From positions 156,335 to 220,334 of the forward strand of contig NZ_CP071321.1 of assembly GCF_017309585.1 (NCBI RefSeq): a stretch of 64,000 nucleotides of DNA. Reading direction: 5' to 3'. Within the stretch, counting starts at the first letter, position 1, and every line of letters starts with the position of its first letter. The translations under genes were made by a program, and so were the position numbers. The stretch is from Nitrogeniibacter aestuarii. GTDB taxonomy: Bacteria; Pseudomonadota; Gammaproteobacteria; Burkholderiales; Rhodocyclaceae. Below, piece by piece: positions 38,039-46,965 of the stretch. A model generated the notes under the pieces. That model saw only the letters and a list, made by a program, of their open reading frames with translations, was not told the origin of the DNA and ran no database searches.

Positions 38039-38402
38039 GCGTCCCCTACGCCCCTCGGTCATTCGAGAGACGCAGCTTTCCGCGGGTCAGACGACCCGTA
38101 TTTCCTCGGGCGCGCTGGAAGCGCGATGCTCGCCATCAACCTGAGCGAAGGTGAAGTCGAAGTGGGCGCGTTGGGCCCCGGAGCCCATGCGCTGTGCCGG
38201 GCTCGTGGCGGGCACCGTGGCCGACCCTGCGTTGCTTGTCGAAATCAATGCGCTGCTGGCAGTGGAGATGGCGGCGGACGAGAGCGGGGCGCTGGACGCG
38301 TTTTTCTGTCGGTTGGTGACATCGGACTGGAAATCCGAATATCGGGCGTAGTCGGCAGCGCGGCGTCGGGCACGCAGATTCAATGCTGACACGGAAAACC
38401 AT

Positions 38403-38894
38403 ATGGCATATCATGGGCAGCCGTCATTGAAATCAGGAGGCGATCCGATGCCGACGCCGCAATCCCCGACACTTTCGAACCCCATCAATAACGGGAGCCG
38501 CAGGGGGAGTGACAAGTGGGGTTCAGGCCATTTCGCTGCGCCGCGCGGAAGTCGACAACACAATGGTGTTGATATTTCTGCTTCGTTAGGTGAGGCCGTG
38601 CTTTCTCCGATCGATGCGAAGGTCGTTCGCGTTGCCTATCCGTATGCCACGGATTTGTCTTTGACCGGCATCTTGCTGGAGGGCGTGGGCCGCCATGCGG
38701 GTTTCACGGTAAAGATTTTCTACATGTCACCCGAGCAATCGAAAATCGGCAAACAGGTGTCTGCAGGCGAACGCATCGGCGCGGCTCAGAGTCTGCTCAC
38801 CAAGTATCCTGGCATCAAAAACCATATCCACCTCGAAGTACGCCAGAATGGTGTCGTGATTGACCCCCAGTCCCTGATGCCCACTTTGCACTGA
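38403..38894 (+). CDS. M23/LytM-family metallopeptidase domain protein, no signal peptide
   Basis: HxGxD-type motif (QHNGVDI) and HxH motif (HIHLEV). 163 aa. Hydrophilic N-terminus without a Sec signal. Confidence 0.75.
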   Translation: MAYHGQPSLKSGGDPMPTPQSPTLSNPINNGSRRGSDKWGSGHFAAPRGSRQHNGVDISASLGEAVLSPIDAKVVRVAYPYATDLSLTGILLEGVGRHAGFTVKIFYMSPEQSKIGKQVSAGERIGAAQSLLTKYPGIKNHIHLEVRQNGVVIDPQSLMPTLH

Positions 38895-38897
38895 CCC

Positions 38898-39338
38898 ATG
38901 AAGAAGCTCCTCATTGCCATCGGAATGGCGGCGCTGCTGTCCGCGTGCCAGACGACCGGTGATTTCTCGGGTTCTCTGGAAGCGCGACGCTCGGCGGTGG
39001 ATGAGGCGGGTGCGCCCTGCGTTCGCGTTCATGTGGCCGGCGACTACCGGCTGGTGGAAAATGCGTGCCCCGGTGCGGATGCGCGTCGCATCACGCTCAT
39101 CGATCAGGCCGGTGAGCGCTACTACGCGTCATACGACCCGACATTCACGCGCTGGGCGTGGACAGAGGGGTGCGCGACCGAGGGCGCTTGCGCGTACACA
39201 TTGAAGGTACGAGAGGGCGCCATCACTGCGTTCACCTATCGCTTTGCCATCAACCTGAGCGAAGGTGAAATCGATGTGGAGGTGGCGGGCGATACCTTGG
39301 TGGTCGTCCGCAAACAGATCGTCGATCAGCCGTCCTGA
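38898..39338 (+). CDS. lipoprotein (146 aa), candidate immunity partner of the upstream M23 peptidase
   Basis: Signal peptide plus lipobox (AALLSAC). 4 nt after the M23 stop. Six Cys residues in the mature part. Confidence 0.6.
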   Translation: MKKLLIAIGMAALLSACQTTGDFSGSLEARRSAVDEAGAPCVRVHVAGDYRLVENACPGADARRITLIDQAGERYYASYDPTFTRWAWTEGCATEGACAYTLKVREGAITAFTYRFAINLSEGEIDVEVAGDTLVVVRKQIVDQPS

Positions 39339-39420
39339 GTCGAGCGCGACGGCGGGCGCCAGCGACATTGCGTCGCCAGCGCCCGGTCAGTGGGGCCGCT
39401 GTCTTTGTGGCGGGTTTGCC

Positions 39421-40017
39421 TCAGCGCCAGCCCAGCACCAGACTCAGCACCAGGCTCATCACCACCGTCAGGCCGATCCACGCAGCAACGCCGGCGAAGG
39501 TGATCCGATTGCTGATGTGGTGTGCGGCATCCGCGTCGTCAACATGCAGCAAGGTGCGCACGCCGTGGCGAATGAGCGCGGCGGTGCCGAGCCATGCAAT
39601 GGCCAGCATCAGCACGTTGAAGGTCATGCTCGGCACGAACAGCATCAGCGAGGTCAGCCACAGGGGCACCGGTGCGATGGCGGCCAAGCTGAAGCTCTGT
39701 GCATACGTGGGCTGGGTGTCCGAGCTCTCGGCGATCTGCCGGATCACGTCGGCCATCAAGAACACCATGGCCAGCTCGACCGCGAAGAAAATCCCGCCGA
39801 CGATCAGGGCTTCGCCCATGCCAAGCGCCGGGGCCAGGGCAGGGAAGACGGCGCCGGGCGCCGTGGTGCTCGCGTACAGGTACATCAGTGGTGGGAGCAG
39901 GGACAAGGGCGCGGCAACGGCGAGCAACATGCGGATGACGCTCGGATGTTTTCGATCGATGTACTGCCAGCCGCGGGACTCGGAAATCAGCATGTGAGGC
40001 AGGTCTGCAAGAGACAT
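39421..40017 (-). CDS. Yip1-domain membrane protein
   Basis: 198 aa. Five hydrophobic helices with Yip1/DUF1282-like organisation. Confidence 0.6.
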   Translation of the reverse strand: MSLADLPHMLISESRGWQYIDRKHPSVIRMLLAVAAPLSLLPPLMYLYASTTAPGAVFPALAPALGMGEALIVGGIFFAVELAMVFLMADVIRQIAESSDTQPTYAQSFSLAAIAPVPLWLTSLMLFVPSMTFNVLMLAIAWLGTAALIRHGVRTLLHVDDADAAHHISNRITFAGVAAWIGLTVVMSLVLSLVLGWR

Positions 40018-40392
40018 GGTGTCCTCCTTGGTGGTCAGCGCACCGGCGCCATGCCGGCGCTCACAAACTCAGTGTAGACCATGGAATGAGTGCCATTTTC
40101 AGTTGAGGCTCGGCCCGACGTCTGTCGCCGGCGTGCCTCTCGACCTCGCCGTCCGCAACCACATCCTCGAAGCGCTCGCTACCACGGCGCGTGAGTGTTC
40201 GGGGCATCGAACCTGTCTGCACGCACCGGCGTCGCACCTTTATCGCCGGCGCACGGTCGGCATCATTGCCATCTCGATGGCGAAAAAGAACGTTTGCGGC
40301 GATTCGCAGGGCGAGACGGTGCCGATGAAGAAGGACCTCGGTGTGTTGTGCAGGCAGATCTCTGATCAGCCCTTCCGAGCGAGTAACGAGGC

Positions 40393-40428
40393 GAAAAAAA
40401 TGCCCGGGAAACACCCGGGCATTTTTCA
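40393..40428 (-). terminator. Rho-independent terminator (usable on both strands)
   Basis: AAAAAAATGCCCGGGAAACACCCGGGCATTTTTCAT just downstream of the OMP gene stop. Confidence 0.6.
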
Positions 40429-40444
40429 TGACGCCAGTTCCAGA

Positions 40445-41071
40445 TCAGAACTTGACCATGACGCCGACCGTGACCAGATCGACGTCGCCTTCGCCGGTGC
40501 GATCTTCATCGCCCACGTCGAAGAAACGTTCCCACTCGGCGCGCATGGCGAAACTGTCGTTGAAGGCGTATTCGGCACCCAGACCGAGAACCAGGTTGAC
40601 TTCATTGTCGTCGACGCTGGAAACCGCGTTGCCGCCGGGGCCGGACGCCGAAACGTCGACTTCGTTTTCGGAGAAATACACACCGCCCTTGCCCAGCAGC
40701 GAGAACGCGTCATTGAGGGGCAGGAAGCCGACCGCTTCGACAAAAATGCCATGGCTCTTCCAGTCGGCCTCGAGTGAGCCGCCGGTGAAGGTGGCGTCGT
40801 ACTGGGACGAGCCGAGATTGACGTAACCGCCTTCGATGGCGAAGTGCTGATTGAAGCGGTAGCCGCCATAGACCTTGAAGGCGACATCCTCTTCATCGAC
40901 ATCGCTCGACAGACCGGTGACGCCGACGGAACGCAGTGCGTCATCGAAGCTGCTCTTGTCGATGTCGACTGACGCGACGCCAGCAGAAAGACCCATGTAT
41001 GCGTCCTGAGCCTGCGCCATGGACGTCAAGCCAATCGCAAGTCCGATGGCGACGAGTGTTTTCTTGATCAT
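40445..41071 (-). CDS. outer-membrane beta-barrel protein (OmpA-N/OmpW-like small barrel)
   Basis: Signal peptide MIKKTLVAIGLAIGLTSMAQA. Alternating amphipathic beta-strands. C-terminal aromatic residue (VKF). Confidence 0.7.
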   Translation of the reverse strand: MIKKTLVAIGLAIGLTSMAQAQDAYMGLSAGVASVDIDKSSFDDALRSVGVTGLSSDVDEEDVAFKVYGGYRFNQHFAIEGGYVNLGSSQYDATFTGGSLEADWKSHGIFVEAVGFLPLNDAFSLLGKGGVYFSENEVDVSASGPGGNAVSSVDDNEVNLVLGLGAEYAFNDSFAMRAEWERFFDVGDEDRTGEGDVDLVTVGVMVKF

Positions 41072-41457
41072 GAATGCTCCTGAATGATGTGCCTTTATGT
41101 TGATTGTCATGGCATATACAGAATGAGTCCGGGATTGTAACAAAACCCTTCATGCGTATCCAAAGCGAATTTTCAGAATCACGACGGTGCTTGGGGTGTT
41201 GTCGGGAACACGGGTTGGCGGCTCGACGCCGCGAGCGCAGCGGCCAGGCACTTAATCCTTTGGCTAATGAACGCGGGTGCAGTCTCCTCATTTGCCAAGG
41301 CGCTATTCGCTAGTGAAATGTATCGAGAGAGCCGAAGCTGGTAGTGAGTTGAACTGCATCTTGCTTACAAAGTAACCATGAAGTGTTCATGGTTACTGCC
41401 TACCCTGTCAGGACGACCCCGAGGCGTCGGGCATAACTAAAGCACAGGGAGCAACTC

Positions 41458-44049
41458 ATGAATCCGTCCGCAACGCGTGAGCGGTACAAGGCCCTCTTTT
41501 CATTCTCGGCCGGCTTGTTCTTCATGGTCTGCGCGCCCGCGCAGGCGCAGAGTCTCAGCATTGACGAAGTGAAATGGGAAAGTGGTGACCACCTGCTGGT
41601 CGGCAAGGGGGAGGCTCCGAGGCGATCCACGATCCGGGTGCTCAACGCAGGTGACGGCTCACTGATTACCACCATCGAAAGCGGCCGGCGCAGCGAATGG
41701 CGGCTGCGCCAGGGGATGGATCGACCGCCCTGTCGATTGCGGGTTGAAGCTGGCGCGCTGTCGGCCGAGCGCAATGTGCAAGAAGCCGGCAGTGATTGTG
41801 ATAGCGGCGCCACTGAGCCGCCGCCTCCGCCGCCTGCCGGTGGGACGTCCATCAATTCCACCAGCACCAGCCTCAACAGTGCGATGACTCCGGTGACCGA
41901 GCAGTCGCTGGGCGATGGCAATGCGTATGCCCTGTTTGCTGCCAACGATCTGGGCATGCACTGTGCCGATCTGGACTACCAGATCTTCAGCATCCTGCCG
42001 CCGTTCAACGTGGTGCACGCTCAGGTCGTTCGCAAGGGCGCCGACCCGCAGCTGATGGACGACAGTAACATCGAGGTGGTGTATTCGGCGGCATCGAACG
42101 CCAACGATCCCGCTCAGGCCAACAGCACGGCCGCCGAGCGTGGCGAGGTGATCTACAAAGGCAACTTCTGGCAGACCATGCCGGGTGACGCCAACCCCCT
42201 CTGGTACGAAGCCTATGCGCCCCTGTACTTCGGTCTGCTCCAACCGGGTGACCTGAGCGAGGACGCGGGTTTGCCGGTGCCCGATTCGATGAAACTGTCA
42301 GGTACGCCCGAGGCTTATTGTCTGGCGGGTTATCTGGCAGGAAGCGAGGGGCCGGAGGGGCCACGGGTCAAATGTGATCTGTCCCAGGCGACCATGCCGG
42401 GGCATCTCAACCCCTATCTGGCGAACGCGCCGAAAACCTTCGGGCGCTTCGACCGGGAGGTGAATTTTTTCAACGGCCTGCTGGGCGGACTCGGGCTGGG
42501 CGCCATCGTCCCGGAGACCAACTGGTTCTCGGCCGAGGGCATCCCCATCATGCCGGTGGACGATCAGGGCCGGACGAATCCGTATCCGCTCATGCGCGTG
42601 CAGGCCAAAGACCGGACGACTGGAGCGATCCTGGCGAGCACCGACGTGGTGCTGCCGGTGGCGACGGAGGCCGATTGCCAGGGTTGTCATGCGCGCACCT
42701 TCGATTGCGAAGACGTGAACCAGACCTATGGTTACACGCTGCAGTGCTCGGAACAGGCGCTTGATCGGGCGCACCCCGAGATCGTTGGCTATGTCCCGCC
42801 GGTGGTGGCCGAGAGTGGGCAGGCGCCGGGAGACACCCTGGAGCAGCGCATGCTCAACGCCGCCAAGATCAATATCCTGCGTCTGCACGATGCCAAGTGG
42901 GGCACCACGCTGGACAGCACCCGGCGCGTGGTGTGCGCCAGCTGCCACTATTCGCCCGCACTGGATCTGGCGCAACTCGGGCCCACGGACTCGCCGGCGA
43001 CCGAACAGACCCAGCACATTTCCATGTCGCGGGCCATGCACAAGCACCATGGCGATCTGATGGCCAAGTCCCTGGCGGCGGCGCTGTTCCCGGACATGCC
43101 GGCACCGAACGATCCGATTCGAGATGAACCGGTGGCCAGTCATCTCGACCGCTTCCCGCTGGCGGATGCGGCTTCGACGCAGACTGTCACCGAGTACGTG
43201 CTGGAGCAAAGTTGTTACTCCTGCCACCCGGGCAAGCGGACCCAGTGCTTGCGTGGCGCCATGGCCAACGGCGGCGTCGTATGCCAGGACTGCCATGGCG
43301 ACATGGCCACGGTGGGTGACGACTTTACCCACCGGTTTCCCTCCACGGCCGGAGCCATGGACACCAGCAAGCGCATTCCCTGGGCGGTGGAGCCGGGCTG
43401 CCAGTCCTGCCACGTGGGCGACGCGACTCATCAGCCGGGCAACACTCAAGGCTTCATCTACGCCGAGGACGGCATCCGCCTGCTTCGCGCCTATCGCAGC
43501 GGTGATGGCTCGGCGACGCCGATTCGCGCGCGTGACTCCCGGTTTGCCGAGAACCAGGTCACCAACAGCCTCGGTCAGCCGGTGGATCTGCTCTATCGGC
43601 TGAGCAAGGGCCATGGTGGTCTGTCCTGCGAGGGCTGCCATGGCAGCACCCATGCGATTTTTCCCAACCCCAATGCGGACGCCAACGACAACGTGGCGGC
43701 CACGCAGATTCAGGGACACTCAGGCACGGTGATCGAGTGCAACGCGTGTCATACCGGTATCTTGCCCAACCGCATGGATGGCCCTCACGGCATGCATCCG
43801 GTGGGTGCGGGGAGCGACTGGAACGAAGGGCACGAGGATGTGGCCGAACGCGACACCACCGCATGCAAGAGCTGTCACGGCCCGGATGGTGCCGGCACGG
43901 TACTCGCTCGCACCGCGACCGAACGTACCTGGCTGTGCAAGGACGAGAAGGGCAGTCTGTGCAGCCGCGAGGATCAGCGGATCACCGTGTCGAAGGGGAC
44001 TGTGGTCAGTTGCACCTTGTGTCACGAAAACAAGATCAATGGCGACTGA
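41458..44049 (+). CDS. secreted multiheme c-type cytochrome (nine CxxCH motifs)
   Basis: Signal peptide. Motifs CQGCH, CASCH, CYSCH, CQDCH, CQSCH, CEGCH, CNACH, CKSCH and CTLCH in the C-terminal 450 aa. Heme-free ~300-aa N-terminal domain. Confidence 0.85.
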   Translation: MNPSATRERYKALFSFSAGLFFMVCAPAQAQSLSIDEVKWESGDHLLVGKGEAPRRSTIRVLNAGDGSLITTIESGRRSEWRLRQGMDRPPCRLRVEAGALSAERNVQEAGSDCDSGATEPPPPPPAGGTSINSTSTSLNSAMTPVTEQSLGDGNAYALFAANDLGMHCADLDYQIFSILPPFNVVHAQVVRKGADPQLMDDSNIEVVYSAASNANDPAQANSTAAERGEVIYKGNFWQTMPGDANPLWYEAYAPLYFGLLQPGDLSEDAGLPVPDSMKLSGTPEAYCLAGYLAGSEGPEGPRVKCDLSQATMPGHLNPYLANAPKTFGRFDREVNFFNGLLGGLGLGAIVPETNWFSAEGIPIMPVDDQGRTNPYPLMRVQAKDRTTGAILASTDVVLPVATEADCQGCHARTFDCEDVNQTYGYTLQCSEQALDRAHPEIVGYVPPVVAESGQAPGDTLEQRMLNAAKINILRLHDAKWGTTLDSTRRVVCASCHYSPALDLAQLGPTDSPATEQTQHISMSRAMHKHHGDLMAKSLAAALFPDMPAPNDPIRDEPVASHLDRFPLADAASTQTVTEYVLEQSCYSCHPGKRTQCLRGAMANGGVVCQDCHGDMATVGDDFTHRFPSTAGAMDTSKRIPWAVEPGCQSCHVGDATHQPGNTQGFIYAEDGIRLLRAYRSGDGSATPIRARDSRFAENQVTNSLGQPVDLLYRLSKGHGGLSCEGCHGSTHAIFPNPNADANDNVAATQIQGHSGTVIECNACHTGILPNRMDGPHGMHPVGAGSDWNEGHEDVAERDTTACKSCHGPDGAGTVLARTATERTWLCKDEKGSLCSREDQRITVSKGTVVSCTLCHENKINGD

Positions 44050-44264
44050 TGGCGCGGGCGCGGGCGTGGGCCGGCCGGCCGGGGGGGGCATGGATGACGT
44101 CGGAATTTTTTACATTCGGAAACAGGTGGCTTTGCGGGAGCTGATACAAGTGTTTGAAAAAAAGCGGCTTTCCTGATCTGGTATATCGATTGCTTAGTTG
44201 TGAGCATATGTAAGCACGTGTTACCGAGTTGCCTTCACCGGGCAGCCACTGACTGGAGTAAAAA

Positions 44265-45206
44265 ATGAGTTCTTCGATCCTGAAACTGGGCCGTGTTGCC
44301 GCAGTGATCGCCTCTGCCATGGCGCTCTCGACGCCCGCGCACGCTATTCTTATCGACAACGGTATCGCTCAGGGCACGCTGGGTGCCTGGGAGGTTGATG
44401 TGGTCGGTGGCGGTCAGACCCGCAACGGTACGGTGACGGCCCTGAACCAGGCCACGAACACCGTCGAGACAGCTGAAGTGATCTACGATTACTACACCTA
44501 TCTCAATGTGGGTGGCACGGGCATCCAGCTGTCCACGGGTGGGCAGGCTGCATCCGCCAACGGTGTCACCAGCTCCGGTTCTTTCACCGGGACGACGGGT
44601 GCGACAGTCAACTGGTCGGTCGAAAGCAGCATCGCTGCCGGTAGCAGCATCATGACCAACACCTTCACCTTCACCTCAACCGGTGATCTGGGTGAAATTT
44701 CCCTGTTCCAGTATCTGGACGAAGACGTGGTTGGCGCCGGTGACGACGTTTTCTTCACGCGTGGCTCGGCAGCCGGTAGTGATCTCGAACTGTTCACCAT
44801 CGACAACAACCGCGGGTTCGGCGTGAGCCACGGCGGAGCCTACTCCGATGGGCAAGGTCTGCTGAACGCCACCTTCATTGGTTGGGCCGTGGACAACTAC
44901 AACGACATGAAGCCGCGCCTGGGGGCTGGTACCCAGACCGTTTCGCTCGCTGGCAACGTTGACCCGGCTCTGTCCACCTCGGTCAACCCGTTTGTGGGTA
45001 ACGTGATCGGTCCGGTGGATGTGGTTTCCGTGCTGGGCTGGGCGATTGACCCGACGGCGCAGACCGCGACCATCATCACGACCCTCGGTGGCGTGCCCGA
45101 TGTCCGTCAGATCGACAACAACGACGTGCCGGAGCCCGGCACCATTGCCTTGTTGGCCGCCGCTCTGGGTGGCCTCGGTTTCAGCCGCCGCAACAAGCGC
45201 GCCTGA
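44265..45206 (+). CDS. PEP-CTERM sorting-domain secreted protein
   Basis: Signal peptide (SAMALSTPAHA). C-terminal VPEPGTIALLAAALGGLGFSRRNKRA. Confidence 0.75.
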   Translation: MSSSILKLGRVAAVIASAMALSTPAHAILIDNGIAQGTLGAWEVDVVGGGQTRNGTVTALNQATNTVETAEVIYDYYTYLNVGGTGIQLSTGGQAASANGVTSSGSFTGTTGATVNWSVESSIAAGSSIMTNTFTFTSTGDLGEISLFQYLDEDVVGAGDDVFFTRGSAAGSDLELFTIDNNRGFGVSHGGAYSDGQGLLNATFIGWAVDNYNDMKPRLGAGTQTVSLAGNVDPALSTSVNPFVGNVIGPVDVVSVLGWAIDPTAQTATIITTLGGVPDVRQIDNNDVPEPGTIALLAAALGGLGFSRRNKRA

Positions 45207-45250
45207 GCCTTGCGTGGTCGGGCTCAGCTCCTTCAGGAGCGGTGCCCGCC

Positions 45251-45282
45251 AAAAAAAGCCCCGCAATTGCGGGGCTTTTTTT
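45251..45282 (+). terminator. Rho-independent terminator
   Basis: AAAAAAAGCCCCGCAATTGCGGGGCTTTTTTT. Confidence 0.7.
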
Positions 45283-45318
45283 GGGCGTGCCGATGCCGAT
45301 TGACTCGGCGTCACACGT

Positions 45319-45975
45319 TCAATGATGGGCAAACACGGCTTCATTTCCCCACAGCTCGGTGACGCGGGCGTCACGGCCGCAGGCCTGCCGATAGAATTTG
45401 TAAGCCTCGGCTTTCGATTTCAGGCCGCGCCGGGTCAGCACGGTGTCATCCTTTTTGTAGTAGTCCTGGTGGTACGCCTCGGCCGGGGTAAAGGGCGTGG
45501 CGGTGAGGATGGGGGTTACCACCGGCTTGCCCAGCGCTTTCTGGGCTTCAAGCTTGGCCGCCTCGGCCAATGCGCGTTCCTCGGGCGAGTGAACGAACAC
45601 AGCGGTGCGATAGCTCTCTCCCCGGTCGCAGAACTGGCCGCCCGCGTCGGTCGGGTCGATGCTGCGAAAGAACAGATACAGCAACTTTTCTTCGCTCACT
45701 TGTGCCGGGTCATAGCGGATCTGGACCGCCTCGTAATGCCCCGTGCCGCCACCCGAGACCTGCTTGTAGGTGGGGTTCTCGGTATGACCGCCGGTGTAGC
45801 CCGAAATCACCTCGGTGACACCGGGCACTGATTCGAAATCCGATTCCACACACCAGAAGCAGCCGCCGGCAACCACCAGCTGATCTGTCCCGGCCTGGGC
45901 CGGCGTCGCGAAGAGCCAGCCTGCGCTGGCGAACGTCAATGCCGCTGCAAGGCGACGAAGCCTGATCGTGTTCAT
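45319..45975 (-). CDS. msrA: peptide methionine sulfoxide reductase MsrA, periplasmic form
   Basis: Signal peptide then the GCFWC active-site motif and conserved MsrA core (YHQDYY). Confidence 0.85.
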   Translation of the reverse strand: MNTIRLRRLAAALTFASAGWLFATPAQAGTDQLVVAGGCFWCVESDFESVPGVTEVISGYTGGHTENPTYKQVSGGGTGHYEAVQIRYDPAQVSEEKLLYLFFRSIDPTDAGGQFCDRGESYRTAVFVHSPEERALAEAAKLEAQKALGKPVVTPILTATPFTPAEAYHQDYYKKDDTVLTRRGLKSKAEAYKFYRQACGRDARVTELWGNEAVFAHH

Positions 45976-46207
45976 GTGCATTTCTCTTGGTCGGTAAAGG
46001 TGATACCCATCTGACGGTGAAGGAGGGCGGAGGCTTACATTCACATCCACCTTCCGCCCGAGGTTGGGCTGTCGGGTATCAAAATACGGCACCCGAAGAT
46101 TCGTTCTGATGATCAAGGACCAAAATTCTTCCACTCCAGAGTCACCTGCGATTTCATGCTCGCACCGCAACCCGGATGTGCCTCTGCACATCCGTTCAGG
46201 AGTAGGA

Positions 46208-46336
46208 CATGAAAACCGTTCGAAAAAACAGTCAGCATCCTGTCTCTGTACTGGCCATGGTCGGCCTGACGCTCTGGATGGCGACCGCCATCGGCGCTGC
46301 CGGTGGCGTACTGATGAAATGGTATGGCGCACTGAT
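46208..46336 (+). CDS. possible small membrane peptide (42 aa)
   Basis: Strong RBS AGGAGTAGGAC before the ATG. One hydrophobic helix. Below the ORF-track size cutoff. Speculative. Confidence 0.25.
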
Positions 46337-46480
46337 GATGGGATCGTTCCAGCTGCCGCTGGTTCCGTAACCGTCTTCTCTGATCACGCTTCGGGTTCGT
46401 GCCCGGAGCCGTCTGCGCAATGTGCCACTGGCGTTCATGGCATGGCTCGACTAGGCTCGCGTGCTTAAAGAGGAGCGCGC

Positions 46481-46918
46481 GTGTTCAAGTACTCAATGAT
46501 CAATCCTGTCGATGCGGGCACGGTACGCCGGTGCGATTGCTGGGGCGAGGGGCATTTCGGCGCGCCGCGGGGGTGTCGAACGCATCGCGGCGTGGACATC
46601 GTCGCTCGCGCCGACGCACCGGTGTTCTCACCGATGCATGCGCTTGTGGTGCGTGTCGCCGAGCCCTACGATGACGACGCCGTGCTGTCGGGCGTCCTGC
46701 TGCAAGGGATCGACGCCCACGCCGGGCTTGAGGCCAAGCTCTTCTATGTACTCCCCGACCTCGCGCTGATGGGGCAATGCGTGCGCGCCGGCGCCGTGAT
46801 CGGCCGTGTTCAGAGCTTGCAGGCCCGCTACCCGGGTATCACCGATCATGTGCATCTGGAGGTGCGCGCCCAGGCAGTACCCATCGACCCGGTACCCCTC
46901 ATTGCCGATTTGAGCTGA
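46481..46918 (+). CDS. M23/LytM-family metallopeptidase domain protein, paralog of the 38403 gene; no signal peptide
   Basis: THRGVDI (HxGxD-type) and HVHLEV (HxH). Collinear similarity to the other M23 ORF (GHFGAPRG...GVDI...LEV...IDP). Confidence 0.75.
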   Translation: MFKYSMINPVDAGTVRRCDCWGEGHFGAPRGCRTHRGVDIVARADAPVFSPMHALVVRVAEPYDDDAVLSGVLLQGIDAHAGLEAKLFYVLPDLALMGQCVRAGAVIGRVQSLQARYPGITDHVHLEVRAQAVPIDPVPLIADLS

Positions 46919-46965
46919 GCGCACGGCAGAACCTGCTGCGCGTGCTAGACTGCGCGCCGGCCAGT

